64,000 nucleotides of DNA, from contig CAWJQQ010000009.1 of NCBI GenBank assembly GCA_963845065.1, positions 1,024,001-1,088,000 on the forward strand, in the 5' to 3' direction. Every line of letters begins with the position of its first letter. Positions within the stretch are counted from its first letter, which is position 1. The translations under genes and the position numbers were made by a program. This document shows positions 1 to 9,330 of the stretch, piece by piece. The notes beneath the pieces are model-generated. The model did not search any database. It was not told the origin of the DNA and worked only from the letters and a program-made list of their open reading frames with translations. The stretch comes from Nitrospirota bacterium (lineage in GTDB: Bacteria > Nitrospirota > UBA9217).

Positions 1-100
1 CCGTAGATAGATACCAAACCACCAGCGACAGAGTGTGATAAAGTATATATAAACAATTAAAACTTGTCAATGCGTATCGGAACCACAGAGTAGCAAGCCA

Positions 101-814
101 TTGCACAGTGGAAGGAACAGAAAAGTGAAGAAAAAAGAATCCGGAATAGAGTCCTTGAAACAGACCCCGCTATTTTTTACACTGACTTCCGAAGAACTAC
201 ACCAGATACAAAAGAAAGTCCTCATTCGTAGCTTTTCTAAAAATGAAATAATTCTTCATGAACAGAACAGTAATGATTTTATGTATATCGTACTTGATGG
301 AGAGGCCAAAGTTGTTCAGGCAACCAATGAAGGAAAGGAAATAATTATTACAGTGCATCAGGCGGGTGATTTTTTCGGTGAACTTACGATGATAGATGGT
401 AAAACTGCACCTGCTACAGTGAGTGCTACAAAGGACTCCGTGACAGCGATAATATCAAAGAAGGATTTTTATGATTTGTTGTTCAGTCAAAACAAAGTAC
501 TTGAAAACCTGCTTCAAATTCTATGCGCTCGAATTCGCGAATACATAAAAAAAATACAATTGCTGAATTTTAATAATGCCTCTCAGAGAATAAAGATGCT
601 GTTCCTTATCCTTTCAGAATCCTATGGTGAAAAAACTGCAGAAGGCACTGTTTTAAAGATAAAGCTTATTCATCAGAACATTGCCGATATGACCGGATTG
701 ACACGGGAGACCGTAACAAGAATACTTGATAGATGGCAGAAGAGCGGTGAGATACAGGTTCTCAAGAGTAAGTTTATTCTTCTCAAACCAGAATTTGAGT
801 CAATTCCTTTCTAA
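101..814 (+). CDS. CRP/FNR-family transcriptional regulator
   Basis: cNMP-binding-like domain (GDFFGEL) and C-terminal HTH (HQNIADMTGLTRETVTR). No FNR-type N-terminal Cys cluster. Start uncertain (TTG 101 or GTG ~125). Confidence 0.9.
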   Translation: MHSGRNRKVKKKESGIESLKQTPLFFTLTSEELHQIQKKVLIRSFSKNEIILHEQNSNDFMYIVLDGEAKVVQATNEGKEIIITVHQAGDFFGELTMIDGKTAPATVSATKDSVTAIISKKDFYDLLFSQNKVLENLLQILCARIREYIKKIQLLNFNNASQRIKMLFLILSESYGEKTAEGTVLKIKLIHQNIADMTGLTRETVTRILDRWQKSGEIQVLKSKFILLKPEFESIPF

Positions 815-1349
815 TTCAGAATCTTACATAAAAAAAATAACATTTCCAAGTCGATTCCTGACACCTGTGATACATCTGCCCGAAAAAATACTCAATTACC
901 GTAATCTTTATCCCACGAAACGCTTATTACTAATCCATAATACGGTCAGGTGGTTTATAGAACATGGTGCCAATCTTTTAGAAGTAAATCATTAAACTTG
1001 CTCATCCATCGAAGGTGTCAAGCTCCACAACGATAAACTTAGTTCATGGAAGATTTGATACTAAACGCTTTTCTGTAGAGTATTTGGTTTTGCCTTGATT
1101 TTTGCGAACTCCTACGCTATCCTTTTGGCGTGCTCCCATCGCTAAAGTACGTGGTTCCGGGATGCTGACGAAGCTGCTTTCCATAATAACAGTCCTACAG
1201 TACCTTTCCCAACGGTTGGTCGTCCCCACTATTTGGATCATCATGACTGTAAATTTTCCATAACAACAGATGTTTTACCTGTAACTTTTTTGACAAACCC
1301 CTTACTTTTGGCTACAACGAACAAAGGAGGGAACTGTTTCCCTGTCGCG

Positions 1350-1457
1350 AAGCATTTGTACTATGGTATAATAGCAATATACATTTGTCAACTATAAGGA
1401 ATCAGCGCTTTCATCCCACCACCGAAAGGCCTTTGGGGTCTCCCACGCTGGATTCCT
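1350..1457 (-). mobile_element. Orphan IS200/IS605-type left-end remnant with promoter and decayed tnpB start
   Basis: Minus strand reads nested hairpin ...GGGATGAAAGCG, then TTGACA-N17-TACCAT, then ATGCTTCGC. It shares GACAAATGTATAT (1377-1389 rc) with the left end of the tnpB element (29916-29928). Confidence 0.5.
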
Positions 1458-1628
1458 ACCGTTGTTTCACCAACTGGGTATCTCCTGTAGTTATGGACTA
1501 CAGGGGGACAATCAATGATAACAGGGGCGGTCCAACCTTTTGATTTTTCTTCTATCTCTATTCATGCGAGATGCAGACAATAAAAATCCTCATGCAGTTG
1601 TGAAGTAGCGTATCATGGAGGCATATGT

Positions 1629-2603
1629 ATGGAATATGAGAGTATAGGTAAGAGAAATGGCAGTAAGGCAAAAATCATTCTCGCCGAAGATAACCTAACA
1701 CAGGCAAGTATTATGATAGATTATTTGGAGAATAATGGTCATAAGGTCATTCATGTAGAGGACGCAGCATCTGTTTTTTCTGCCGTCGAGAACTACAGCC
1801 CGGACGTCATTCTCCTTGCACGATATCTTTCCGGAATAGATGGCATTCATATTTGCCGAAGTTTGAAAAATAACAGTGAAACGAGCGGTATCCCCATCAT
1901 AATGCTAACCAATAAGAGCACCACATCCGACAAGGTTGTTGGTTTGAGGGCAGGTGCCGATGATTACATCCCTGAACCGTGCGATGAAGACGAATTGAGT
2001 GCTGTAATCATTGCTAGGTTGCGGACAAAATCAGAGTGGGATGATCTTAAACAAACGACCCGACAACTAAGGGAAATGCTCACTCGAGTCGAAACGCTTG
2101 CGAATGTGGATTCCTTGACGGGACTATTTAACAGGCGGCGATTTGAAACTGTAATCGACAAAGAATTCAAACGATCAATGCGATATAATGTTCCGCTGAG
2201 TTGTCTGATGTTGGATATTGATCATTTCAAAAAGGTGAACGATACATTCGGTCACACGGTGGGAGATGGAGTCCTCCTTGAAACGGTAAAGATTATTCAG
2301 AACAATATCCGCGATGTTGATACGGTTGCGCGATGGGGCGGAGAGGAATTTATCATTATGAGTCCGAATACTTCTAAAAACAATGCATTTATCGTAGCAG
2401 ATCGAATTCGGAAAAGCATGGCGGGACAATCATTCCCAAAAGTAGGCGATAAAAAAATCACTATCAGTATCGGCATTGCCGATATTCCGGACCCGGCTAT
2501 TATTACGAAGGAACAATTGATTAATGCTGCCGATCAGGCCCTGTATGATGCAAAAAAAAACGGACGAAACAGAGTCCGTTTGAATAGTTCTCCGGATCAA
2601 TAA
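1629..2603 (+). CDS. Response-regulator receiver + GGDEF diguanylate cyclase (degenerate receiver)
   Basis: N-terminal REC fold; DSLTGLFNRR, LDIDHFKKVND, RxxD I-site (RDVD) and GGEEF; GGAGG SD upstream. Confidence 0.92.
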   Translation: MEYESIGKRNGSKAKIILAEDNLTQASIMIDYLENNGHKVIHVEDAASVFSAVENYSPDVILLARYLSGIDGIHICRSLKNNSETSGIPIIMLTNKSTTSDKVVGLRAGADDYIPEPCDEDELSAVIIARLRTKSEWDDLKQTTRQLREMLTRVETLANVDSLTGLFNRRRFETVIDKEFKRSMRYNVPLSCLMLDIDHFKKVNDTFGHTVGDGVLLETVKIIQNNIRDVDTVARWGGEEFIIMSPNTSKNNAFIVADRIRKSMAGQSFPKVGDKKITISIGIADIPDPAIITKEQLINAADQALYDAKKNGRNRVRLNSSPDQ

Positions 2604-2657
2604 TAGCCCCGGTTTTCTGATTTCCTTACTTCACAGCTCCTTCCAGCTACAATATCT

Positions 2658-2689
2658 TTGACAAAAGAACTGCTTAGTGGTACTATAAT
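2658..2689 (+). promoter_or_regulatory. sigma70-type promoter of the DEAD-box helicase
   Basis: TTGACA (2658-2663), 17-bp spacer, TACTAT (2681-2686) preceded by TG. Confidence 0.65.
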
Positions 2690-2699
2690 CAAGCTTCTG

Positions 2700-2850
2700 G
2701 ACGGGGTTGGATGCAAATCCAGCCCTGCTGCCAAAATGTCTTTCTCCTGTCATGGTGGGCAGGACGGTGGGCTATCAGGTAGGGAATCTCTGATAGCCTT
2801 TTTGTTTGTGGTCATCTCCAGTGACGGGGGATCGGCTGCTATTATTTAAT
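2700..2850 (+). promoter_or_regulatory. Structured 5' leader with terminator-like hairpin (candidate attenuator)
   Basis: GGGTTGGAT-GCAA-ATCCAGCCC hairpin (2704-2725); TCCTGTC/GGCAGGA hairpin; GGCTATCAG/CTGATAGCC (2770-2798) followed by TTTTTGTTT. Confidence 0.55.
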
Positions 2851-2876
2851 TCTGTTGTAGAGAAAGAAGGTAATGA

Positions 2877-4214
2877 GTGAATTTCAGTTCGTTCAAGCTT
2901 CATCCACAGATCGCTGCCGGCATCAAGGCCCAGGGTTACGATATCCCGACGCCGATACAGAAACAAGCGATCCCGCCTGTCCTTGAAGGCCATGACGTTA
3001 TGGGTCTGGCCCAGACCGGGACAGGTAAAACAGCGGCCTTTGTGCTGCCTATCCTAGAACGTCTGCTCACCGGGCCCCGCGGAAAAGTGCGGGCTCTCAT
3101 CATTGCGCCGACACGCGAACTGGCCGAGCAGATCCATGTGTCCATAGGCGGGCTGGGCAAACAGACGCAGCTTAAAAGCATCACCATCTACGGAGGCGTG
3201 AATGTAAACCCACAAATTCAGAAGCTCCGCACAGGAGTTGAGATAGTTGTGGCCTGCCCAGGTCGCCTGCTCGATCATATCAAACAAAAAACGATCGACC
3301 TCTCCCATATCGAGGTCCTTGTACTCGACGAAGCGGACCGTATGTTTGACATGGGATTCTTGCCCGATGTCCGCAGGATCATTAAGCATCTGCCCACAAA
3401 ACGCCAGACGCTCATGTTCTCGGCCACCATGGCGGAAGATATTCGTAAGCTCGCCCATGAAGTATTACATAGGCCGATCACGGTACAGGTCGGCCATACG
3501 GCGCCGGTGGATACTGTTACACACGCACTCTATCCCGTAGACCAGCACCTGAAGACAGCGCTCCTTCTAGAGCTACTGAAACAAACGGATACCGAATCGA
3601 TACTCATTTTTACGCGCACCAAACACCGGGCTAAGCGGCTGGGACAGCAACTCGATAACGCGGGATACAGAGCAGCGTCACTCCAGGGAAATCTTTCTCA
3701 GAATCGGCGACAGGCCGCACTTGACGGGTTCCGAGATGGTACTCACCAAATACTTGTTGCGACCGACATTGCTGCGCGCGGCATTGATGTCTCGTCCATT
3801 TCCCATGTCATCAACTATGACATGCCCGACACGACCGACGCCTACACGCATCGCATCGGCCGGACGGGCAGGGCAGCGAAGACAGGCGATGCGTTCACCT
3901 TCGTTACGCACGAGGACGAGCCTTTGGTCAGGAGCATCGAACGCGTGATGGGAGAGAAGATTGAGCGGCGGACGGTTAAGGGCTTTGACTATTTGAAGCC
4001 GGCCCCTGCAAAGGACAAGGAGTTCGCGCGGCCGCCGCGAGAACCGAGATTCCGTACGCCGGCTAAACCTGAACTCGGTGCAAAGTTCACTGTTTCGCGT
4101 TCGAAGACCCCGGGAGCCAGGACGGAGCATGGGTCCACTCATCGGAGCGTGTCTCCTGTCCCTCTGCATCCCGCCCCCACTAGGCGGACCTTCAAGCCTA
4201 GAACGCACCGATAA
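2877..4214 (+). CDS. rhlE: DEAD-box RNA helicase (RhlE-like)
   Basis: Q motif PTPIQ, AQTGTGKT, PTRELA, DEAD, SAT, HRIGRTGRA; basic C-terminal tail; GTG start. Confidence 0.93.
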   Translation: MNFSSFKLHPQIAAGIKAQGYDIPTPIQKQAIPPVLEGHDVMGLAQTGTGKTAAFVLPILERLLTGPRGKVRALIIAPTRELAEQIHVSIGGLGKQTQLKSITIYGGVNVNPQIQKLRTGVEIVVACPGRLLDHIKQKTIDLSHIEVLVLDEADRMFDMGFLPDVRRIIKHLPTKRQTLMFSATMAEDIRKLAHEVLHRPITVQVGHTAPVDTVTHALYPVDQHLKTALLLELLKQTDTESILIFTRTKHRAKRLGQQLDNAGYRAASLQGNLSQNRRQAALDGFRDGTHQILVATDIAARGIDVSSISHVINYDMPDTTDAYTHRIGRTGRAAKTGDAFTFVTHEDEPLVRSIERVMGEKIERRTVKGFDYLKPAPAKDKEFARPPREPRFRTPAKPELGAKFTVSRSKTPGARTEHGSTHRSVSPVPLHPAPTRRTFKPRTHR

Positions 4215-4351
4215 TGTGGATAGGTTAATTGCAATAACGAATAACTAACAGTGAAAGTAGAAATTCTCATTCAGGAGGGATCTAACCGAGCCGATATCAA
4301 TTTGAGTAATGATAGTATGAACGAAAAATCTGCGTCATCTGTAAACATACT

Positions 4352-4385
4352 AAAGGCATGGAGGATATTCTCGATGCCTTTTTTG
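4352..4385 (+). terminator. Probable intrinsic terminator after helicase
   Basis: AAAGGCAT...ATGCCTTT stem followed by a T-run. Confidence 0.55.
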
Positions 4386-4611
4386 TATCCAACAGATTCC
4401 CTTCCCGCAGTTTTCCAAGTTTCAATTTCTTTTCAATATTAAGTTAATATCGTTTACATTCCTAAAAGCAGGGATATCCATTATTGCCATATTCCTACCG
4501 CTATGGCTGTGGGATTCGACGCACTGAACTCCCAAATACAGTTTGGAACAATTAATTGCATAAGGTCATCAACGAAAATAATTTTATATATATTAAATTT
4601 ACTTATAATGA

Positions 4612-4640
4612 TTGACAATAGGATTCCTCTATGCTAACTT
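4612..4640 (+). promoter_or_regulatory. sigma70-type promoter of the hydrogenase operon
   Basis: TTGACA-N17-TAACTT with extended -10 TG, in an AT-rich region ~110 bp before the start. Confidence 0.5.
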
Positions 4641-4747
4641 TTTGGCGCAGCTTGATGAACGGAACAATTTTTTAACAAACGCTGCTTCTTTCTTAATAAT
4701 CTCAAGCCACTCCCACATATAGGATTTCAAAGTAAATTCAAAGGAGG

Positions 4748-5863
4748 ATGCGTATGAGTAAAAAAGGGGAAGTGAGTAAGCAGTTTCTTGATGCTCTCGA
4801 GTTTCGAGGTATCAAACGAAGAGATTTTTTAAAGTATTGTGGTGCAACAGCGGCGCTTCTCGGCCTTTCAGAGTTGTACGGGCCGAAAATTGCAGCGGCA
4901 TTAGAAAAGGCTTCCAAGCGCACGCCGGTCGTCTGGCTCAACTTTGCGTCCGATTCCGGGTGTACCGAGTCCTTCATCAAAGCAACATACCCAAGTCCCG
5001 CCGAAGTCATCCTTGATATTTTAAGCGTCGATTACAACGAAACCATCATGGCTGCAGCGGGCAAGCAGGCGGAAGAGATCCTGGCCAACTCTGCAAAGAC
5101 TGGCGGCTACGTTCTCATAGTCGAAGGCGGCGTTCCGACCAAGAAAGGCCACGGCATGATCGGGAACAAAGAGATGCTCGTCGTGCTGAAGGAGATGGCG
5201 GCTCCTGCCGTAGCCGTGATTGCGATCGGCAGTTGCGCGACGGACGGCGGTGTACCGGCAGCGAAGCCGAACCCCTCCCAGATTATCGGGACGGGAGAGG
5301 CGTTAATGCGGGTAGGGATCACGAAACCGCTCATCAACATGGACCTTTGCCCGGTCAACCCGCAGTATTTAGTCGGCGTAGTGGTCAATTATCTTCTTCT
5401 CGGCAAGCTTCCGGATCTGGATTCCCAAGGCCGTCCCAAGATGTTTTACGGCCAGACGATCCACGACAACTGTGAGCGGCGGGCCCATTTCGACGGAGGC
5501 AGGTTTGTCACGAAGTTCGGGAGCCAGGAAGAAGCGATGGGGTACTGTTTGTACAAGATGGGGTGCAAAGGCCCGATGACCTATTCGGCATGCCCGAAGA
5601 TCCAGTATAATAATCGGACGAGTTGGTGCATCAAGGCCGGCGGGCCGTGCATCGGCTGCGCCGAGCGAGGCTGGACGGACAAGTTTGCCGGGTTCTACGA
5701 GCCGCTTCCTGGCGTGAAGATCCCTGGCCTTGGCGGCGTTGAGGCCGGCGCGGACAAGATTGGCGCGGTCGCGGCAGTAGCCACGGCAGTCGGCATCGCA
5801 GTGCATGCGGTAGCAACTGCCGGCTCGGGCAGGACGGAAGAAAAAAAGGGAGGTAAGAAATAA
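4748..5863 (+). CDS. Group 1 [NiFe]-hydrogenase small subunit (Tat signal, C-terminal membrane anchor)
   Basis: KRRDFLK Tat motif; GSCATDGG, CP, HDNC...CLYKMGCKGP, WCIKAGGPCIGC; hydrophobic C-terminal helix; AGGAGG SD (start 4748 or 4754). Confidence 0.95.
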   Translation: MRMSKKGEVSKQFLDALEFRGIKRRDFLKYCGATAALLGLSELYGPKIAAALEKASKRTPVVWLNFASDSGCTESFIKATYPSPAEVILDILSVDYNETIMAAAGKQAEEILANSAKTGGYVLIVEGGVPTKKGHGMIGNKEMLVVLKEMAAPAVAVIAIGSCATDGGVPAAKPNPSQIIGTGEALMRVGITKPLINMDLCPVNPQYLVGVVVNYLLLGKLPDLDSQGRPKMFYGQTIHDNCERRAHFDGGRFVTKFGSQEEAMGYCLYKMGCKGPMTYSACPKIQYNNRTSWCIKAGGPCIGCAERGWTDKFAGFYEPLPGVKIPGLGGVEAGADKIGAVAAVATAVGIAVHAVATAGSGRTEEKKGGKK

Positions 5864-7455
5864 TGGCTAGAATAACCATAGACCCGATGACAAGAATCGA
5901 AGGACATCTGCGGATCGATGTCGAGATCGAAGGCGGTAAGGTCAAGGATGCGTGGACCACGGGAACGTTGTTTCGGGGATTCGAGCTCATCCTCCAGGGC
6001 AGGGACCCGCGAGACGCCTGGCATATCACCCAGCGCATTTGCGGCGTATGCCCTACGTCCCACGGCCATGCTTCGTCCATGAGCATGGACGATGCATTCA
6101 AGGTCAGGCCGCCGGACAATGGCCGCATCATCCGGAATATCATTGAAGGCGCCCAGTTCGTCCACTCCCATATACTGTGGTTCTACCATTTAAACGCGCT
6201 GGACTACGTAGACGTGGTTTCGGCCTTAAAAGCCGAGCCCAAGGAACCGTCATTGAAAAGGGTTCAGGCCAAGTTGAAGTCCTTTGTCGAATCAGGGCAG
6301 CTTGGCCCCTTTGCGAATGGCTACTGGGGCCATCCGGCCTACAAACTGCCTCCTGACGTAAACCTTCTGGCCGTGGCGCACTACCTCGAAGCTCTCGAGA
6401 TGCAGGCAAAAGCGGCCTCGGTGAGCGCGCTTTTCGGCGGCCGGATGCCGATGACCATGACGAGCCCTCCCGGCGGGGTGACCCACGTGCCGAGCGTAGA
6501 CGACCTGAAGAACTACCTTTTCCGGGTAAAGGAGCTTCAGGACTGGATCGACAACATATTCATCACCGACCTGCTTGCCATAGCCCCGTTCTACCTGGGC
6601 GCAGCGGGTGTGGGCAAAGGATACGCGAACTTCCTTTCCTGGGGCGTATTCGAAGACGCCTCCTTCGATCCCAAGAAGAGGCTGCTACCCCGGGGCGCCA
6701 TATTTGCTTCTGACTTTCCGAAGGTTCATGATGCCAAGCCCGAGGACGTTACGGAAGACACCACGCACGGCTGGTATAAGGACGGGAAGCCGCTCAATCC
6801 GGCAGAAGGCGAGACCGAGCCCGAGTACACGGGGTATGATTCTAACAAGAAATACACCTGGGCCAAGGCCCCGCGTCTCCAGGGCAAGCCCATGGAAGTA
6901 GGGGCCCTTGCCAGGATGGTTGTGGCATACGCCTCAGGGCAGCCCACGGTCAAGAAGCTGATTGACGACACGCTTGCCAAGATAGGCCATCCGGGCCATC
7001 CGGAGGTGCTTTTCGGCATCATCGGCAGGATAGCTGGCCGGGCCCTTGAGTGCAAGATGGTCGCGGACTCGATGCACCAGTGGGGTTTGGAAGTCATCGA
7101 GAACATCAAGAAGGGGAACGCGGCGGTCTATAACGAATACACGATCCCGGACAAGGCCCAGGGAATCGGGTTGTGGGAAGCCCCCCGCGGCGCACTTGGC
7201 CACTGGATCGATGTTTCGGGGAAAAGGATCAAGAACTACCAGTGCGTGGTGCCCACGACGTGGAACGTCTGCCCGCGTGACAACAAGAATGTGCGCGGTC
7301 CGATCGAAGAGGCGCTTGTTGGGACGGCAGTGGAGAATGCGGAAAAGCCGCTTGAAATTCTGCGTGTGGTCCACTCCTTCGACCCGTGCCTTGCGTGCAC
7401 GGTGCATGTGATCCATCCTGAGTCGAATCGAATCATGGACTTCAAGGTCGCATAG
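5863..7455 (+). CDS. [NiFe]-hydrogenase large subunit
   Basis: RIEGH, L1 QRICGVCPTSH, L2 SFDPCLACTVH plus cleavable C-terminal extension; Cys, not Sec, in L2. Confidence 0.97.
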   Translation: MARITIDPMTRIEGHLRIDVEIEGGKVKDAWTTGTLFRGFELILQGRDPRDAWHITQRICGVCPTSHGHASSMSMDDAFKVRPPDNGRIIRNIIEGAQFVHSHILWFYHLNALDYVDVVSALKAEPKEPSLKRVQAKLKSFVESGQLGPFANGYWGHPAYKLPPDVNLLAVAHYLEALEMQAKAASVSALFGGRMPMTMTSPPGGVTHVPSVDDLKNYLFRVKELQDWIDNIFITDLLAIAPFYLGAAGVGKGYANFLSWGVFEDASFDPKKRLLPRGAIFASDFPKVHDAKPEDVTEDTTHGWYKDGKPLNPAEGETEPEYTGYDSNKKYTWAKAPRLQGKPMEVGALARMVVAYASGQPTVKKLIDDTLAKIGHPGHPEVLFGIIGRIAGRALECKMVADSMHQWGLEVIENIKKGNAAVYNEYTIPDKAQGIGLWEAPRGALGHWIDVSGKRIKNYQCVVPTTWNVCPRDNKNVRGPIEEALVGTAVENAEKPLEILRVVHSFDPCLACTVHVIHPESNRIMDFKVA

Positions 7456-7467
7456 GGGGAGGATGCC

Positions 7468-8109
7468 ATGAAAGAAGAACTGGTAAAGGAGTGGAGTGTC
7501 GGCTATATCCTGGACCACTGGATACGGGTCATCGCGATCGCAGTGCTCATCTTCACCGGTCTATATATTCACTGGCCGTTCATCGCAGGCGGTCCGGACA
7601 GTACCATCATGGCCACGATACGGTTTCTCCATTTTGTTTCGGCCTATGCGCTCATTCTGGGCCTGGTGATCAGGGTCTATATGGCCTTCAAGTCCACCTT
7701 CGACGCAGATTGGAAAGACTTCTCGGTCAGCGAGAACCTGAAAAATATCCCGGACATCCTGGGGTACTATCTTTTTTTCAAGGGTTCTCACAAGGACTAC
7801 CGTAAATACAACCCGCTCCAGGCATTAGCTTATCTTTTCACCGGGCTGGTGATCATCTTCACGGCGTTAACCGGCGCAGCCTTGTATCATGGCAACTTGT
7901 TCGGGTTTATTGCGTGCCCGGGCAGTTTCCGGTGGGTGAGCAGCTGTTTGGGAGGCGAGTCGTACACGAGGATATGGCATATTCTCGCCATGTGGTACTT
8001 CATTGTCTTCGTCTTGGTCCACGTGTATTTGGCCATTTCAATCAGCATGATCGAGAAAGACAGGTCCTTGAGCTCGATTTTTACGGGATACAAGCTCAAA
8101 AAACAGTAA
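7468..8109 (+). CDS. Ni/Fe-hydrogenase b-type cytochrome subunit
   Basis: Four TM helices with His ligands (DHW, LHF, WHI, VHV); YNPLQ motif; operon position. Confidence 0.93.
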   Translation: MKEELVKEWSVGYILDHWIRVIAIAVLIFTGLYIHWPFIAGGPDSTIMATIRFLHFVSAYALILGLVIRVYMAFKSTFDADWKDFSVSENLKNIPDILGYYLFFKGSHKDYRKYNPLQALAYLFTGLVIIFTALTGAALYHGNLFGFIACPGSFRWVSSCLGGESYTRIWHILAMWYFIVFVLVHVYLAISISMIEKDRSLSSIFTGYKLKKQ

Positions 8110-8110
8110 G

Positions 8111-8617
8111 ATGATATCAGATGAACAGCTCCGGGGAGGCGCTACGGCGCCTCCCCGAAAAGTTTTAATTCTCGGCGTCGGCAATATTCTGCTCAGTGAT
8201 GACGGTTTCGGCGTACACCTGATCAACTCCCTCGCGGATACCCCCTTTCCCCCGAACGTCCAGGTCCTTGAAGCCGGCACGGTAAGCCACCAGCTCATCC
8301 CGCTGTTCCGGGAGCTTGACCACCTCATCATCATCGACGTGGTGGAGGCCGGCGACACGCCCGGGTCCCTGTTCCGTTTTTCCCCGGAAGACCTGCAGTT
8401 CACGAAAGAGCAGATGGTGTCGTTGCACCAGATCAGCCTGATCGATGTCCTCACCATGGCCGAACTGACGGGGGGGAAGCCAAAGACCGTCATTATCGGC
8501 GTCCAGCCCAAAGACGTCTCGACGTGGTCCCTGGAGCTGACCGAGCCGGTGAAGGCTGTGATCCCGAAGGTCAAAGAGCTGATATTCGAAGAGCTGAAAA
8601 AGATTGAGGCACTCTGA
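8111..8617 (+). CDS. Hydrogenase maturation endopeptidase (HyaD/HybD family)
   Basis: GVGNILLSDDGFG, IIID, SLHQ motifs. Confidence 0.93.
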   Translation: MISDEQLRGGATAPPRKVLILGVGNILLSDDGFGVHLINSLADTPFPPNVQVLEAGTVSHQLIPLFRELDHLIIIDVVEAGDTPGSLFRFSPEDLQFTKEQMVSLHQISLIDVLTMAELTGGKPKTVIIGVQPKDVSTWSLELTEPVKAVIPKVKELIFEELKKIEAL

Positions 8618-8716
8618 AGACCGCATACAAGGCTTGACATGACCGGTATTCTGTGGGATAGTTTCACAGTTCCCACGAACATTTTCGCTATTCACGTTAT
8701 AAGACAGGACCGACCA

Positions 8717-9259
8717 ATGTGCCTCGCCATACCCTCCCGGGTCATCAGTATCGACGGTCTTACAGCCACGATCGACGTTTTCGGCGCCCGCAGACAGGTA
8801 AGCCTCATGCTGTTGTCCGAAGAGCCGCGGGTCGGGGACTATGTGCTGGTCCACGCCGGCTTCGCGATCCAGAAGCTCGAGAAGGAACGTCTCGAATCAG
8901 GAGAAATCATGCACGAAGCATCCATTGCTCTCAGCATTATCGATATTGTCCAGGCAAAATGCATGGAGGAAGGGTTGAGCTCCGTGGATTCCATCCGGCT
9001 GCGGATCGGCAGGGCCGCCGGCATCCTGCCCGAAGCCCTGACCTTCGCCTTTGACGCGTCCAAGGACACCACCGTGGCAAAAAACGCAAAACTCGTTATC
9101 GAGACCGTGCCTGTGGGCGGGACGTGCCGCGATTGCCGGAAAGAGTTCGACGCGCCGGAAAACGCCCAGTATGTGCTGTCCTGCCCCCATTGCGGTTCAA
9201 CCTCCTATGAGATCACGCGCGGCCGTGAGATGGAGATTCTCGATATGGAGACGAATTGA
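8717..9259 (+). CDS. hypC-hypA: In-frame HypC-HypA fusion (HypA part starts at ATG 8909)
   Basis: MCLAIP...GDYVLVHAGFAI (HypC) runs without a stop into MHE...CRDC...CPHC...GREM (HypA). True start is 8717, not 8639. Confidence 0.9.
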   Translation: MCLAIPSRVISIDGLTATIDVFGARRQVSLMLLSEEPRVGDYVLVHAGFAIQKLEKERLESGEIMHEASIALSIIDIVQAKCMEEGLSSVDSIRLRIGRAAGILPEALTFAFDASKDTTVAKNAKLVIETVPVGGTCRDCRKEFDAPENAQYVLSCPHCGSTSYEITRGREMEILDMETN

Positions 9260-9330
9260 TGAAGCCTGAATTTATTCTGGCGGCCGCAGAGCATCAGGAA
9301 GGGCTTTGTGAAGAAAGGGCGGCGGCATGA
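9259..9330 (+). other. 23-codon mini-ORF coupling hypA to hypB
   Basis: Starts in TGATG overlap with the hypA stop and ends in ATGA overlap with the hypB start; MKPEFILAAAEHQEGLCEERAAA. Confidence 0.45.

Noticed and set aside
726..1244. Short ORFs 726-995 and 1044-1244
   Set aside because: No RBS or motifs; the region looks like decayed intergenic or IS-derived DNA.
2700..2810. c-di-GMP riboswitch next to the cyclase gene
   Set aside because: It has a GNRA hairpin but lacks the recognisable GEMM consensus; kept only as an unknown leader.
4544..4560. TGGAACAATTAATTGCA as a sigma54 promoter for the hydrogenase
   Set aside because: GG-to-GC spacing is 11 nt, not the required 10.
7380..7410. 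Selenocysteine ([NiFeSe]) hydrogenase
   Set aside because: L2 motif is DPCLAC with TGC codons and no in-frame TGA.
8639..8716. ORF-track N-terminal extension of hypC
   Set aside because: HypC requires Met-Cys at its N-terminus; the real start is 8717.
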